A stretch of 63,544 nt of DNA, counting the filler, from Folioceros fuciformis (taxonomy: Eukaryota), in assembly GCA_049999805.1 (NCBI GenBank). It is 7 parts of 7 records of this genome, joined end to end, with 100 filler letters (N's around TTAATTAATTAA, not from the genome) between each part and the next. Parts side by side here need not be neighbours in the genome. Positions count along the whole stretch, not along the records: positions 1 to 5,305 come from JBNGIO010005453.1; positions 5,406 to 19,286 come from JBNGIO010005455.1; 5 more parts are not named here. The stretch is one strand, 5' to 3'. Under the pieces are notes generated by a model. It saw only the letters and a program-made list of their open reading frames with translations. It had not been told where the DNA came from and made no database searches. Positions 1 to 11,136 of this stretch are shown here, in pieces. The translations under genes were made by a program, and so were the position numbers. How positions within the stretch are numbered: position 1 is the stretch's first letter; every line of letters begins with the position of its first letter.

Positions 1-589
1 CCCAATTGGGATTGGATTTTTGTTTTTGGGTCTGTGCATGTGCCTCGGAGAAGGATGCAAGGTACGTTCAGAACTGGATGTTCTCATTCGAGGCAGACTG
101 TTCTGTGCTGCCTTGAGGTATGAGAAGGTGCTTGGAAATCATCAAGATGCTCGGCTCTAGCTCTCAAACTTGTCATACCGCACGTCTCCCTATGCCTTGC
201 ACGTTTCTTTGTAGACTTTGTCAGTTTGTTGGACCAGCAGAGTACATAGATGCCCGTTCTGCAAACGACAAGGGCCAACTTGTTAACTACAAATCAGGAG
301 TCGAATTTCGTAAAACAAAAGGAAAAAAAACCTCGTCCAGGGGAAGGCATGTGATGGGCAAGAGCACAAGAGCCCCCCAGCCTTGGATGGCCATGGAAAG
401 CAGACGGGATTTGATTGGTGAATGCGAAATGAACCTGTCGAGAAGGAGACTGGGAAGTTGTTGGTTGCCGTGCTGGAATTGCAGGCTGCGGTAATTTGGC
501 GGCAGGCATCCAAGGGCAGGTATGCCTTAACAGCGCCTGAGATTCGCTCTCGGACGCCAGATCTCGATGACGGTTGATCTTTTGACGGC

Positions 590-2832
590 ATGGCTTTGGC
601 CCCTCCGTTGTGGTGCGCACCACCAAGTTGGCCCAGACTGCAGTCCACCTTCTTCTGTCTTGGTCCTCCGAGCAGCTTCGAAGCCCGGTCTCCTTGGCGG
701 TCGTCGTGTGAGCATGCTGAAGTCGCAGTCTCTGTGCAGTCTAATCCTCAGATCTCCAAGCCCAATCGGCGATCCCGGTATGGTCAACCGCTGCTGACTT
801 TCAGCCCTGAAGATGAAGATGAGAGCCTCCTCTCCTTTGATGTTGATTCTCAGGTCACTTTCTTCAACACCTTGCACTGATCAGGGCTCACAGTACGAGC
901 AATAAGCATTTAATGATTTGAAGTATATGGACATGAGGCAAGTTGGTTGTTTGGCTGAATCTACACCCTTCCACCCAATGGGGCTTACGGTGATATGTCT
1001 ACCATTGTGGTGCTGTCGATACAGGGCGTGGAGTCAGCATTGGAAGACTCGCAGACTTCTGAGTTGCCAGATAGTATTCAAACGGGTGGGTTGAGGAAAG
1101 GGAACAAGGTGGGAAGAGCTAGTCTGAAATCCAGTGGCAAACCCCTCAGCATTTTGAATGCGGAACAGAACAAGGGACCTGGAATAATTGGGAAGGCTGA
1201 TCGCGAACAGTTAAAGGTGCAGTACCCACTTGGAAATGCACACAAGGTCAATCTTCGTGGATCTTTGACTTTAGATAGTCGGCAGGGGACCCTATCAAGG
1301 AAGCAGTGGGAAGAGCAAGTGTATCGAATGGTTAGACAGCCAAAATATCAAAATGTCACAACCTTTAGACTCACTGCCCCACAAAAAGAGGGCCAGCGGA
1401 CAACCAAGCCATCGAGTTCCTCGATAAGGAGAATGCCACGAAAGCCGTTCTCCTATCTACGAGCGCCACCTAATGTAAGATTCACAATCTTGGCCCTGGT
1501 TCTGCTCCAGTACTATATTTGGGTATGCTAGCTGACTGATGTCTAGTTATGAGAGTCACAGCAGAAGATTTGAGGTTGTTGACAACCACACCCTAACTTG
1601 CTGTAGCATGTATGATATAGAAAGCTGAGCTTTTCAGGCAGCACACTAGGTTGTGTGGGGTGTGATATTTTCAGCAAGCTGTGACATTGTTTTCCCTTAC
1701 AGGAGATGGATAGCAGTAAGATTGGAGATACAAGGCTCGAGTGTTTACAAAGGCAACTTAGCATAGATGACAAGCACCTGCCACTGGTGGAATACCTCCT
1801 TTCACTAGGTCTAGGGGATGAAGACCTTCAGAGGATTGCTGAACGTAATAGGCCCTGTTTACAGCTTAGAGTGGATGCGGTGAAAGGTAGAGTCCAGTTC
1901 TTAGGGAGCTTAGGTATTAAATCTAAGTTCTTGAGTAAGTTGATAGCAAAACATCCACAAATTTTAGAGTATAGAGTGGACAGCATGATAAAACCGAAGA
2001 TAGAGTACCTTAAGAGCCTGGGGATACCTGAAGTAACTGTGGGGAAGATGATAAGGGTGAGGCCTTCGATACTGGAGTGCAGCCTTAAGAACTCTCTGAA
2101 ACCTAGAGTTGACTTTCTGCGGAAGGTTGTAGGGATCAGCGAATTGGACATCTCCAAAGTGGTGACAAGGAGCCCGCAGGTACTGACTCAGAGCATCGAA
2201 GAGTCATTGGAGCCTCAAGTAGATTTCTTTTTACAGGAAATGAAAGTCACAAAGGTGACTCTAGCGAAGATCGTCACAAAGCATCCACAAGTGCTGCACT
2301 ACAGTGTTGAGGAGGGTATTCGACCACGAATTGAGTTCCTGAGGAGTATCGGTATGAGTGAAGAGGACGTTTTGAAGGTCCTCACGCGGATGACACAGGT
2401 ATACTAGGCTTGTGGGTCATTGTGTTAGCTTCTTGATCTTATACCCTGCAGTGACAGGTCACTTCTGCTCTTGCTAAGGTTTAGCGGTTACCAACTTTGC
2501 AGGTATTTTCCTTGTCTGTTGAGAACTCTCTGAAGCCCAAGTACGCATATCTAGTCCGGGAGCTCAAGGGTGGGGTGCATACAGTGGTCAGCTTTCCAGC
2601 CTATTTCTCTTTGTCTCTCGACCAAAGGATCAAACCCCGTCACAGATTTCTGATTAGCTTAGAGAGGTTACCAAAGGGACCCTTTCCAATGAAATGTCTT
2701 GCAGTTACGGATGACTACTACTGTAAGCATTGGGCAAAAGCAAGTATCGAAGACTACCACGCTTTCAGAGATGCTCTAGCGTTGAGAAACTTTGCCCAAA
2801 AGTTTGAGAGAAAAAATACGGTGCAAATGTAA
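590..2832 (+). CDS. mTERF9: Plastid mTERF family protein, mTERF9/TWIRT1-like; exons 590-853, 1025-1474, 1703-2398, 2503-2832 (579 aa)
   Basis: Tandem mTERF repeats (HPQILEYRVDSMIKPKIEYLKSLGI, SPQVLTQSIEESLEPQVDFF, HPQVLHYSVEEGIRPRIEFLRSIGM). The C-terminus SLSLDQRIKPRHRFL...KGPFP...FAQKFERK matches my recollection of plant mTERF9. All three introns are GT..AG, phase 0, and join the ORFs in frame. The Ser/Pro/Arg-rich N-terminus resembles a transit peptide. Confidence 0.88.
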
Positions 2833-2925
2833 TGCCCTCCTGAGGTCGAAATCTTCGACAGTTCTTTCTCCACGGTCATTAGATGAGGTATCCTTTGGGG
2901 AATATGCTCCAAGGGAAGTATCATG

Positions 2926-4210
2926 TTACATTGTTTTGTACCTATCCTCACCTGGGGTATTGTTTGGGGTACTCTTGGTCCTACACATGGCACTCATTCC
3001 TATCTGGAGCTTGTCAATGGCTTCATCGAGTAGATTGGTTCTTGGATATACCGGGGAACCGGGGTTAGTTATGGTTTCACCTCACCTTATATTAACAGGA
3101 TTGGGAGACCTCTACCTGGGAACCGTTACCTTCGATGTTGAGCTGTTTCTGCTGCTACTTGGAGTTTGGATATCCTCTCAGACAGCCTCAGCCCCCAGGA
3201 TGAGAGGGACGAACAGACTCCGGCGCTTATGACTTATCAGGTCTGGGTGTAAGTAAGGCAAAGGTAAACCTACCGTCAGTCTTGGGGGTACTTTCAAGGG
3301 CGTAAGTTAAGGGTGTACTGAAGTTTCATTTCTGTGTCTGGTAGGTAGTATCTGCCTCCAACGACAAAATAAAAAGGTTGTGAATGGATTCTTACAGGCT
3401 CTTCATGGGGATACCTCAAGATTATACCGGCCTCTAACGTCGACTTCATAAGTGAGGACGATCCCTCACAGCACTTGTTATTGGTACCTAATTACATTCC
3501 CCTGAGAAGAATAGGAAGTCAAAGGTTGATTTCTTACAGGCTCTGCATGGGGGGGTAAACCAAGATTATACCGGCCTCTAACGAGGAATTTACAAGTGAG
3601 ATGAATACCTCACAGCATTTGTTATTGGTACCTAATTACCTTCCCCTGAGAAGAATAGGAAGTCAGAGGTTGAAGTTTCAGATCTGTTGGTGTGCTGGAG
3701 GTCCCTACAATGTTCTGAGGGAGCTGCTACCTTTTTGAGTCTGGGTGAGAACTAAGAAATGCGGTCCCGGGAAGAGAGCGAGCCACCGAGTGCAAACGTA
3801 GCGGAAGAACATGAAAGGGTCTACATAATTATTCAAGGAAACGTGAGCCGACATGCAGTTACATGTCTAGCGATTAGTGTAGAGTCACAAATAGTTAAAC
3901 TGGACTATCTCACACTGCCAAGGGTATCACCAGATCTTGCTAGATATTCTCAAAGCATGAGAGGCCTTAGGCTAGGTTGTGTTGTTACAGTTGATTAATG
4001 TCCCCGTCAGTGCCATGAGTTTGTAAACCTGCTTGTCTTGGAATACCTGTACCTCGGACGCCGTCACGGCTTGCAGAATTGGCGAGTCGTTCTCGACACC
4101 TTGCACAATGCACTCAACAACAACTGGATTAGTATACTTACCTGAGATCCCGCACCAGTGGCAGCGACCAGGAGCCGCGGATCGACCACTAGCTCCTTGT
4201 TCCCTGCAAT
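2926..4210 (-). CDS. Possible spliced gene of unknown function, convergent with mTERF9 (partial model)
   Basis: A minus-strand exon at ~3130-3228 (WGLRLSERISKLQVAAETAQHR) joins through a phase-consistent GT..AG intron (3041-3129) to terminal exon 2926-3040 (TNLLDEAIDKLQIGMSAMCRTKS...*). Another exon-like block at ~4141-4204 has TTGCAG/GTAAGT sites. No recognisable domain, and the full model is unresolved. Confidence 0.3.
3389..3673. repeat. Diverged tandem duplication of ~142 bp (3389-3529, 3531-3673)
   Basis: Both copies read TTCTTACAGGCTC...CAAGATTATACCGGCCTCTAACG...GTTATTGGTACCTAATTAC...CCCCTGAGAAGAATAGGAAGTC..AGGTTGA. Confidence 0.9.
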
Positions 4211-4648
4211 CAAACAACTGCACATGTGTATGAGGCGTGAAAGAAACACGAAGCCTTATACCAGGAAGGTGACGCACGATCGTCAGGCCAGTCCTTAAAA
4301 CCTGTCACTGCATCCCGGCCGTCCGATGCCGCGCCAAACGGGTGCGATCTGCATGTCTCGATCCGAAGATTGTTCCTACCCCAACCCAGCTGTCTAGAGA
4401 TGTCCTCCTGACCAGACCAAGGCTCCTCGATGCCCTTGGGCTACAAGCCTTTTAGGCGTCCCCTCGGCCCAGGACTGCCCCGACGGTTCACGGTGCCCGA
4501 GATTGTTAAGGGTTGGTGTCCTTTGGACATGACAGCGGTTGGCCGGTAAGTCGGTTGATCGTCAACCCCGAACGTCGCGTTGCCTGGAGCGCGACGTTTA
4601 GTGGAATCCATAGCAGCCGCAACAAATCCTGACCGTCAGGCTCAGAGT

Positions 4649-4678
4649 GATCCGTGGCGGCGGCCAGCCCACCAATGG
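4649..4678 (+). promoter_or_regulatory. Plant histone-promoter type III octamer composite element (GATCCGCG-N14-ACCAATCA-like)
   Basis: GATCCGTG at 4649-4656, exactly 14 nt, then ACCAATGG at 4671-4678. A TATA-like TTTAAAA lies at ~4703-4709, upstream of the H1-like ATG at 4850. Confidence 0.6.
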
Positions 4679-4849
4679 CGAGCTCGGGGCGCGGCCACAG
4701 CCTTTAAAAGCAGCTGGAATGCGAAGTGGCGCCAAGGAATCGGGACCTTCAGAGGGTGGACACTCTGCCGAAATCGCAGCCCGCGTCGCGGAGCACCATT
4801 GTGCGGCCATGGAGCCCAGGCCAGGGGGAGAATCGGAGTGAACTCAGCC

Positions 4850-5305
4850 ATGGAAGGGGTCGCACACGCTGCAGCTCCGGCTGCAGCGCCGGTGCACCAT
4901 CACAGAAAACGGCGGCTGGGAAGCCACAGCAGGAGCAGGAGCAGGAGCAAAAGCGCCCATGGGCACAAGCGCCACAAGCACCACTCCCGGCATGGCACCC
5001 GACACAAGGGCCACCCGACCTACAAGATGATCATTCGCGATGCCTTCGCCCACATCCACAAGCGCAACGGCCTGAAGCTCAAGACGGTCATCAAATACTG
5101 CGTGGCCAAATACAAGCACCACCCGGGCGGAATACCCAAGGGCTTCCGCAAGCACCTCATGCGCCAGCTCCGCCGCGCTGTCAGAACCGGCAAGCTGGTG
5201 AAGGGCAAGACGGGGTACAAGCTCCCGCACGCAGGTGAGGGAAAGAAGAGGCGACGACGGAAAGGCTACCGCGTGGGCCGACGCCGCAGGCACAGACGAC
5301 GCAGG
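4850..5305 (+). CDS. Linker histone H1-derived Arg/His-rich protein (protamine-like sperm nuclear basic protein candidate), 3' truncated by contig end
   Basis: H1 globular (H15) domain HPTYKMIIRDAF...IKYCVAKY...KGFRKHLMRQLRRAVRTGKLVKGKTGYKL. It is flanked by an HHHRKRR/SRSRSRSKS/HKRHKHH N-tail and a poly-Arg C-tail (KKRRRRKGYRVGRRRRHRRRR) instead of the Lys/Ala/Pro tails of somatic H1. ATG at 4850 in GCCATGG context. Confidence 0.8.
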
Positions 5306-5405
5306 NNNNNNNNNNNNNNNNNNNNNNNNNNNNNNNNNNNNNNNNNNNNTTAATTAATTAANNNNNNNNNNNNNNNNNNNNNNNNNNNNNNNNNNNNNNN
5401 NNNNN
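5306..5405. other. Artificial contig-joining linker (N44-TTAATTAATTAA-N44)
   Basis: Identical 100-bp linkers occur at 5306-5405, 19287-19386, 24285-24384, 30877-30976, 48133-48232 and 59163-59262. TTAATTAATTAA places stops in all six frames. Confidence 0.97.
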
Positions 5406-5774
5406 ACCCAGATACCCCTTCCTATGTTCAAACCATTATTATATTATTTTATTATTATTTTATTATTATTTTATTATTATTTAATCATTTACTAATTTTA
5501 TATCTTTAATTAATATTAAACTAATCACCCAACCCTATGGCCTGGTACCGAACCTAAACCTTCCCAGCTCTGGGACCAAACCTATACCCACTCTTATAAC
5601 CAAACCAACTATTTCCTGGTCAATTAACCTAATTAACACACAGAAAAATAGGAAAAATGACCAGAAAATCAAGGAAAATTAGGGAAAATAAGTTGAAAAA
5701 GAAAACCAAACCATACCACTATTAACCCTTTTGCAACCAAAACAAACTACTACCCCAAACTTTGGAGGTTCACA
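5406..5774 (-). mobile_element. LTR fragment (starts TGTGAACCTC on the minus strand)
   Basis: ~5530-5774 is the reverse complement of 52240-52485, which begins with TG at an insertion junction inside a copia gag. Confidence 0.65.
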
Positions 5775-8344
5775 ATGGGAGCCCTTGAATCCGTCATTGA
5801 GTTGATTGAGTCCAACCCTCCATCCATAGCAGCGAAGAACCCCATCGCTCCTTCATGGAAACGAAACCCAATGTCTCAACGACAGTGGGATAAGTGTGGC
5901 CACTAAAGGTTAAACTTGTTGGCAAACAATGCTCAAGGTTTTGCCACCATAGTAGGCAAAAGCAGTCACAACCTACCTTTGCCTACCACCATCTCTTCCC
6001 CAAGTGCATTCACATTAGCAATCCTTCGTCTCAATATCCCTATCCCTGCCTCCCTGCATCTCATTGAAGAAGGTACCTTCATTCGTAGCAGGTCACTGAC
6101 ACCATGCACGTGGGTGGAATGCAAGTGGGGTGCTATTTGGTCAAACCAAACATTGTACACATTGTGCACTACTATCTTAGCACCTATTTAGCGTGTTTGT
6201 GGTCTACTCATGGTCTTCTAACCAAGAATGAGGTTGCAAAGAAACTTCAATCTAAAACTGAGCAACCTTGAACCCTAAAACTCATCTTGCCCACATCCTT
6301 CATCTACCTCAAAAATTATTTTGTTTTAATTGTGGCAAAAAGCTTGCTTCTGTAAAGGTTTCCCATTTTCAACATGGAATTTGGTAGAAGGTGAATATAA
6401 AATGTCTTTTCATATCTAGTAATTTAGTTATCTAAAGTCAACTCATGTTCTCTATTGTAAGTAAAGTAAAACTTATATAAATTGATACATTAACAGGCAA
6501 CATAATTGTAAAGTAGCAATTCATAATCTTAATAAAGTACCTGAATAAGAAGTATGTTGGAGTCTCGACTTAGAAAGAAACACCATGCAGCTAAAACAAT
6601 TAGTAAAATAATTGTTTGACACATCTATACGAGAAAACATAGTATTAGAAGTTTTTACACTTATATTCTACTATATAAAATGATTTTTTAACCTTTAGAG
6701 TTTGTATATTTATTCTAGTTTAGATTGTAATATCAAAACTCTCTTTTCCCCTAATTGTTTTTTATTAGCCTACATCTTAAAATCACAGTATTATGCTTGC
6801 GCACTCATTAACATTATATGTCTAGATTTTTTGCGCTCTTTGGAAGAGGCTAAAGCTTTAAATTTAGTTTTTTGTATGCAAGGTCATGTTTGAATTTTTT
6901 TTGAACAATTTCTTTCATCTTAATGAACATGTTGATCACATATATGTATTGGTTAAAACACACTAATTTTCGAAATAACAAAATATACAAATCCACTTCT
7001 ACAAATTCCATACCAAATTTGTAGAATAACACATGTAAGTCCCAACAAACCAACCAAGAACAAAGAATGCAAATAGAGGTGAAGTGGCGGGGGCGTTAGA
7101 CTACGTGGAGTAACCTTCTAGGATTGCGGTGGGAGGGTGGNNNNNNNNNNNNNNNNNNNNNNNNNNNNNNNNNNNNNNNNNNNNNNNNNNNNNNNNNNNN
7201 NNNNNNNNNNNNNNNNNNNNNNNNNNNNNNNNNNNNNNNNTCCTAGACTCGAGGCAAGGGACGATGTAGCACAAAGTCTAGAAGAAGAGATGAGGAATCA
7301 TGGCGGCGGCAAGCGGTGAGGGTCTTCTTCACTCCTAAGGAAGGACTCTAGGACGACCCGATGTGCATTACAAATGAGCTCATGTGTTCTGAGTGACCGA
7401 CATGTCGAGAGAGATGTGGGCAAGCAAGTATGGTACCCCTACCAGACACCCGCTCACATGTATCGTGGCCACGTGAATCCCATTTTTGTTGTAGGCTTCC
7501 TCGGAATCACTCCTCTCCGAGCCTGGTCCGCATCCTCCAATTGTGTCTCATTCACCTACAACATTCAACCTTCCCTAGACGTACCTACAACACATCTAGT
7601 AAGTAGGAAGGCACCATTTTGTCACTTGGAAAGGCCCTAGTGCTTCCTCCCATACCGATTTCTAACTACCTACACCCAATACCCCTTTCCTCACAAGTCT
7701 CCTAACAACACCTTCCACAATGATCCAACTGTTTGTCTCCCTACGTTCAACACTCCCGACTAGACACCACAAGAACCTTTGCGATCGGCAACAGAAAGGG
7801 CACTCGCATCTCCCCCTTCCGTTAGGATGTCAACGTAGGCTTACAAAAGTTAAATAACTACTTGTCACAAAACAACTTACAATCCAAAAAACGGTCCCCG
7901 TTCAAGTCCTTCGTTCTACTTATATAGGATTTTAGATGGCTTCATATGTACCACTAGCCACTGCTAGCTTTAACTATGCACACCTACCAAGAGGCTAAGA
8001 CATATCAACAATTGTAAGGGCAGTGCGCGCCGTTGAAGATTAGGACTATTGGCGCCGCCATAAAAGATTCGCCGACCCCCTCTCCAAAAGGGAGTGGTTA
8101 GGACTGCTCCTGAAGGGAGGCAGAGTCAGCAGGTTGAGCTATTGGGCCCTCATCCATTATTGGGATCCGTCTTCTCTTGGATCTGCAAGCTTCCACCGAA
8201 CCTTCCTTTGTGTGGATCTCTTGGGACATCCCTTCACTACCACCTACAAGTTTAGTAGGGAAGGGATCCACTTGTTCTTCAACTTGAGGTTCCTTCCCTA
8301 TGTAGGGTGAGAATGTCCCCTCCATATGTAGGGTCCCTGTTGCT

Positions 8345-8647
8345 CCCCTCGCAAAGAAGGTTCCCTACCCCTTCCCTCGTTGGTAGGTTCCCAACCCCTT
8401 CCCTCGTAGGTAGGTTCCCTACCCCTTCCCTCATAGGTAACCTTTCCCTACCCCTTCCCTCATAGGTAACCTTTCCCTACCCCTTCCCTCATAGGTAACC
8501 TTTCCCTACCCCTTCCCTCNNNNNNNNNNNNNNNNNNNNNNNNNNNNNNNNNNNNNNNNNNNNNNNNNNNNNNNNNNNNNNNNNNNNNNNNNNNNNNNNN
8601 NNNNNNNNNNNNNNNNNNNCCCCTTCCCTCATAGGTAGGTTCCCTAC
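8345..8647. repeat. Minisatellite, ~29-bp unit CCCTTCCCTCATAGGTAACCTTTCCCTAC
   Basis: Several adjacent copies either side of an N gap. Confidence 0.9.
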
Positions 8648-9166
8648 GGGAGTAGATCCCTCTTGTCGCGTGCTCTTCTTAGCCTAGGGCAGCTCCTCAT
8701 GTTCCTATTGCGATCTCTCTAGGTCCATACTATTTTCCTCTTGAAAGTCTGTTGGTAGGGGCACTGCCTCCAAGGCCTCACGGTCGTCATCATGTGGCCC
8801 AAGATACCTTCGCCTTGCCAATGCTGCCAGTTCCTGTCAAAGTTGTGGAAGCATGAAATCTAAATAGATAATAATCAAAGTATTACAAAATTGGTTTTTA
8901 AAGGTCTAAGACTAACCCTGGTTAGTTAACCCATCTCTGGTTAAATAACCCATGTTGGATTAACCCCATTAATACCCCCACTTAAGCTAACATGCTCGGG
9001 GCATACACTGTTAACAAACTACGGCTAAGTACATAACACTAGTTCCAAAAGACACATCCCCTCATTATACTAGCACGCGCAGACACAACATAAGAGACAA
9101 GGAACCGTAGGGCTTCAACCAGAATCGCATGAAGGCGATGCGTTGGCACAAAACATTCAGAGCACA

Positions 9167-9718
9167 ATGCCGCCAAGAACAAGAAGCCGTGGAGCCACAT
9201 GCCAAGGAGTTTCTCAAGATGAGGCGCCTGTCACACACCCACCAACAACTCCAGCACCGCCTACTTCAGCAAATCCCGAGCTATGGACACACCCTACTCA
9301 AGCTCTCCATGGTTTGCGAGTGAGGTGGTGCGAACGATTTGGGATTGTGCAGCAGAGGAGGAGGGATCCAGTTTGCAACCTGCTGCCAGTGTCACCACAC
9401 TTGACCCCATTGACAACTCGGCAAAAGGAGGAAGAGGTGAACAGAAGGTACATACACCGATATCTGGCCCAAAACTCAAGCAGCAGTAGTGCCACCATCA
9501 ACTCTCAGCTGCAGGTAGTCCTCACCAACATAGCAAAGGCAACTAATCTTCTCAAAGCCTAGCAAGCTGAAGAAGATGATCAGCAGTCCATTGTTGAGGA
9601 AGATGTACCTACTCAAGTAGCCCCACAATTTCCATACAGAAGACAACAATGTTGGGTCTGTGCTAGGCAGGATGGAAGGTGCATTGTGTGTGGTAGAAAA
9701 TATCACAAGGAGATCTGA
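9167..9718 (+). pseudogene. Degenerate ORF antisense to the gypsy pol, with a C-terminal Cys/His cluster
   Basis: MPPRTRSRG...ATNLLKA*(TAG 9560-9562) continues in frame as QAEEDDQQSIVEE...QCWVCARQDGRCIVCGRKYHKEI*. Confidence 0.4.
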
Positions 9719-10082
9719 CAGCAAGCAAGTAAGACTTTTCTTCACTAGTCACATCTAGATTTATGAACGACAGCTTCATCCCCTGACTAGGATACTCACT
9801 CTTACATGGTTTCTCACAGGCGTGGACACAGGAGACAGAACCACAAGGACACAAACAAGCCCCAACAAATAGAAGAAGTTAGAAAGCTACAGTGCTGTGT
9901 TTTTGACAATCATCCTGTTACAATAAGTAGAAACATAAGACGAACTACAGAATAGGGGAAAGACCAAATAGCACCAGACAAGTAACTTATCATGGATATG
10001 TAAACTCTCATAACCCTAAAGCTGCAACATGTTGGAAATGGCGACTCCTCAACAACCCTTTCGTAAGAATGTCTGCAGTGTT

Positions 10083-10807
10083 GTTGTCGTGCTAAACAGC
10101 GTCAACTTGATCAATCGACTAACAATCAGCAGCATTGTGTAAAGAAGGCAAATTCCAGTGGTCAAGAACATGACCTTGAGTCAAATGGGCGTCCATCAAA
10201 CAAAATAGTAGCCCTTGCAAATCTTGATCACACTAAGACAGCCAATCACTCATGCTCACACTGCAATGCAACCCATCAATGATTTTTCACTCTGATTATG
10301 AGCAGTGGATTGACAAGTAGTTCCTTGGCCAGCCCGCAGGCTTAGGCTCAACGAGAGAACTTCTAACAATTGCGGGATTGAGCCTAGAAGTTCAGCACTT
10401 ATCTGTCACGTTGCTCCTGGCCGTTACCCCCCAGTCCTCCTCTTCTACACCGTCGCCATGCCGCCCATGCTTGAAACCTCTCCACCGTTTCGCACAATGA
10501 TAGTTCTGAACCCTAAACGGGTCACACGTTCCCTACCTAGCCATCCCTGATCTAATTAGGCTATCCCTGATCTACCTAATTAGATTAATTATATTTAATT
10601 GATTAATTAGGTACCCTAATTAATCAATATGGCTTGACAGTTGTCATGCTAAACAGCGTCAACTTGATCAGTCGACTAACAATCAGCAGGAGGCAAAGAA
10701 GGCAAATTCTGAGCTCTCACTTCCTAGCTAGTCCAGTGGTCAAGAACATGACCGTTAGTCAAATGGGCATCCATCAAACAAAATAGTAGCCCTTGCAAGT
10801 CCAGATC
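10083..10807. repeat. Direct repeat pair (~10083-10228 and ~10641-10807) next to a G13 polypurine tract (minus strand 10807-10819); candidate 3' LTR region of the gypsy element
   Basis: Both copies contain TGCTAAACAGCGTCAACTTGATCA.TCGACTAACAATCAGCAG...CCATCAAACAAAATAGTAGCCCTTGCAA. The C13 run on + lies ~100 bp past the pol end. Confidence 0.6.
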
Positions 10808-10921
10808 CCCCCCCCCCCCAAGTGTGGTGATACTTGGCGCCAACACTGTAGTCAATTCTCGCTTAAAGTGAATTGAGTCCATTGAGCTCTCGGATCAGTG
10901 GTCCCTGTGGTCCCTGGCTCG

Positions 10922-11065
10922 TCAGAGATGGCAATACCACAGGTTCTCTAGCACTTCAGTCAGTGGTGGCTGAAGGCAAAACAAATGAAAACCTCCATTG
11001 CAGCCGTCACACAGCAGCATGAGCTCTGGATCATCAATCCATCTGCACACTTGACATGGGTAATC
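10922..11065 (-). pseudogene. PHD finger at the C-terminus of the gypsy integrase
   Basis: DYPCQVCRWIDDPELMLLCDGCNGGFHLFCLQPPLTEVLENLWYCHL* fits the C4HC3 pattern, with a stop at the last Cys position. Confidence 0.9.
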
Positions 11066-11136
11066 AGCTAGAGGGATCCAATTTGCTGTGACCAGCGTAG
11101 GATCTAAGTTGGGTAGATGACAAGGGGCGCAATTCT

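Noticed and set aside
84-648. Short overlapping ORFs upstream of mTERF9
   Set aside because: No homology cues; may include the start of a divergent gene but cannot be resolved at the window edge.
4580-4849. 90-codon N-terminal extension of the H1-like ORF
   Set aside because: It starts at TTG and spans the promoter elements; ATG 4850 is the credible start.
7080-9007. Possible long gypsy-type LTR ending GGGGCATACA at 9007
   Set aside because: No partner LTR, PBS, PPT or TSD is visible, and two gaps interrupt it.
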